In this document: positions 61,140 through 64,000 of the stretch, in pieces
Layout of the letters: each line of letters begins with the position of its first letter
Numbering within the stretch: the first letter of the stretch is position 1
Assembly: GCA_008632985.1 (NCBI GenBank)
Contig: QPGO01000004.1
Coordinates: 620,001-684,000 of the forward strand
Source of the DNA: Psammoneis japonica
Taxonomy: Eukaryota
Direction of reading: 5' to 3'
Length of the DNA: 64,000 nucleotides
The notes under the pieces: generated by a model
Told to the model about the DNA's origin: nothing
Databases searched by the model: none
The model's input: only the letters and a program-made list of their open reading frames with translations
Position numbers and translations under genes: made by a program

Positions 61140-62061
61140 GCTGTACGATCCTGTTGAAGCGGTTCTATTGAAAGATGCTAGGCTGTTCTGTGGGAGAACC
61201 GAGAACCAACCGTCCTCCGACGCCCTTACAGTATGAACGAGCCAACAAAGTATGAGACTCCTCGCAACAAAGTCTACCGCGTGAATAAGCAGACGCTTCG
61301 TATACGTGAACAGGTCCGTTCTTGCGACCGTCAATTATGATGTGTCACAGCAAGATGCCATGGGCGTGTTGATGGTGTGCCGAGCGATAGAGGCGAGTGA
61401 GAGCGAGAGGCCGGAGAGGTGTGAGAGCGCGCGAGCAGGTGCCGCGGCACCTCGGCGGGTGCGGGTCTTCAAGAGAATCCCAGTATCTTCCTACGCATTG
61501 TACATACGCTAGTTTGTACTACAACATCTGTAGATAGAAGGCAACTTCATTCAGTCTCAGTCTGTCGCCAAAGTACGTCATCAGCTTCCGGGTTTCCTAT
61601 TTTTCCTAGAGACAGCTAATTTTTTTAAGGTGTAAAAGTAGGGCCTGATGAGGACCAGTATGTTGGTCCAAGTAAGTTGTGGTCGTCGTGCTAATGGTGT
61701 CGGTTGAGGAACAGTATGATAGGGCATGCAGCGAGAAACGAACCGATGCACTCGTCCAGTAAAAGCGGAAGCAATTAAACGGGATCATACCCGTTGCCAA
61801 CCAGTACGGTAGGCCTTAAAGCAGATTAGCAATTTATTGGTAATCTCCCTCTATGGTTCGACCTTGTTTGAACGACTGATGAGTACCTGGGAAAAATCAC
61901 GCGAGATCTCGTTGTATGGTACGATAACTCTAGTCTGGTTCTCGTCGTCAGTTACTGTAGACTACATTAGCACATTGTCAATTGCGCCCCTGTGCGCACA
62001 AAACTTCCTCCAGTTTATATTAGCTTACTTCCCAAGACTGCTCAGGCACCTGCCGCACAGC

Positions 62062-63314
62062 TCAGAAGAAATTAGGAATGATGCTGGGCACGGTTCTAAC
62101 GTATTCGCGATAATCCGGATCTGCGCCATATTTTGAAGTCGCAAGTTCCACAGTGTTGGAGATGGTTCCTGAAGCTTGTCCATTAAATAAGGTCCACATG
62201 AACCACGGCGACAAGAGCGAGTAGACCACTCTTCTGTAGCGCATGATCTTTTTCAACAAGGATGCATCTGCGGGGACTGGCTCAATCAACGCCGGTGCAT
62301 TCATCACAAAAATCCCAGCCCAGAGAAGCAGATTCCCAAAGTAGTTAGGGTGTTGACTAATCGACCACAGTCCTACACCGCAGAACTAAAAAAGAAATGG
62401 AAACACTGGAGTTAGACAATGATAGACGACAACTAGTAGCTACCGGTAAGTCGATTATTTTTTCACTTACCTTTTCCGGATTAGCATTTTTGAAGGCAAA
62501 TTTCTGAAGGTCAGCGATTGTTTCAATCAACAGACCAGCAATGTACATGGCTAATCCGCTAAAAAGTGTTACTTTATTCCCGGGAGCTGACGACGTTGTT
62601 CCAAGCGCATGGGGTAGGGAGCAAGCAATGCCCCAAATGGTAGACACAAACCAGAAGGTTGCTGTGTTTTAATCAGACAAGAGAAGGAAAGTTAACAACT
62701 TGACATTCCAAAGTCGAAGTTGTGCTTTCGCTGAAAACGCAGCACTTACCAGTTCCACTAGCAGTTGAGAGCACATCCTCAAGGCGCGAATCAGGGCCTT
62801 TCTGAAGAACGCGGTTAAAGAGAAATCCCGCAAGTTTGATGCCCCATAGAGCGACAGCTGCACTGGATACTTTGACACGTTTTGGTATGTCCCCACCATC
62901 AAGTAACATTGGCAATGCAGCAACCGCGAAAGCACCTGTACCCAAGAGATCAAGATGAACCTGCGTGGATGACACCATGCTTATCAAAAATCCGAGGAGG
63001 TTGATACGTAAAATCACGTTGTTGTATTGCCAAAGCGATGATCTATCAAACGAAACCTTAGACATTGGAAGGCTTGAAGATGACTCGCCCCCACCACGAG
63101 GAGTCTTCGAGATTGACGACTTTACAGTGTCTAGCGATTTGCTACCGCCCGGTTTCATCAGCGGGGATCTCAGGATCCCGGTAGGATGCGAAGCTCGACC
63201 AGTCTCGACTGCAAACGCCTTGGCTACGGTCAGCGAGCAAATCAGCGAAACTAAAGCTATCACCGAACATCCAGCTCTACCAAAACAAACTCGGCGACTT
63301 CGATTTACGACCAT
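62062..63314 (-). CDS. DUF1295 / steroid 5-alpha-reductase-like membrane protein
   Basis: DLLGTGAF, WGIKLAGFLF.R, ETIADLQKF, QHPNYFG and KYGADPDYREY..TVP. Two introns, near 62665-62749 and 62385-62470. Confidence 0.85.
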
Positions 63315-63549
63315 GATGGACAAGGCAGGATGACGCTTTTTTGAACTTACAGGCAGCTTTTCACTTGGGAAAGAGCGCAGAAGCGAAGAGTGCATACCCC
63401 ATTTTTTCATTTTTCACACAACATCAAACATCACGGATGGATCGCGCTTTCAAATACTTTTCATATTCAAGGAAGGATACGAATTAACGTTGGCATCTCT
63501 CACATTCAAATAACATTCGTAACTGGTTTTGTGCATTTAATCTACGGTC

Positions 63550-64000
63550 AAAGTTTGTCTGTCTGTCACACCACTGGACACGTGGCAACTTTCATTGACT
63601 GCCAGTGGACAGCTGTGGATGCTGCACATGGCGGATGGTGGAGTGTGGAGGAAAAGGTTCTCAAATGTAATCTCCTGCAGAAGTGCATGTGACCTCATGC
63701 AGTGCACAAGCATTTGATGACCCTCGCTTGCAAAAAGAAGATGCCTCGCTGCTCTTTTTGAAAAAGTTTGTGCCCCCCAGCACCACCACAGCTGCCACAG
63801 AACAAGCGTGCTGCAAGGTTGCAGAGCACCAGAAACCATCACCATGCAAAAATGTTGTGTTTCTTGGGGAAGCCCCCATGAGAGAAAGTTTGCACCTCCC
63901 CAGGAATGTGAGAACACAAGAAGTGTTTGCGCAGAGGAGCACCAGGAGGAACTGTGCAGCGAAAAGAGAGTTTGAGCTTCCCCAGGAACAGCCCCCCGCA
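63550..64000. mobile_element. Start of a third TpA-depleted repeat island
   Basis: Abrupt loss of TA and CG. Imperfect internal repeats of the form AAGTTTG..CCCCAG. Confidence 0.6.

Overview
This is a eukaryotic nuclear window, most likely from a diatom. The evidence is short GT-AG introns, bipartite ASAF-type plastid presequences, a mitochondrial-type phosphoglycerate mutase and CoDi-like copia elements. Gene-dense blocks (about 25 genes) alternate with three sharply bounded repeat islands at ~13645-22510, ~30180-42885 and ~63550-end. The main observation is that TpA dinucleotides inside these islands have been almost completely converted to TpG or CpA, that is A>G on either strand. A structurally intact, recent copia element (14438-21544) has LTRs, a 5-bp TSD, a PPT and a nearly open gag-pol. 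It keeps its CpGs but has lost its TpAs, so conserved Tyr became Cys or His (YVDD>CVDD). Its two LTRs differ only by transitions at pyrimidine-purine dinucleotides. This points to a post-insertion, DNA-level, repeat-targeted hypermutation process that mirrors fungal RIP and is separate from CpG decay. The mechanism, and whether it is new, cannot be established from the sequence alone. Several host genes carry 1-bp deletions in short homopolymers, which are probably assembly errors. All counts given are manual.
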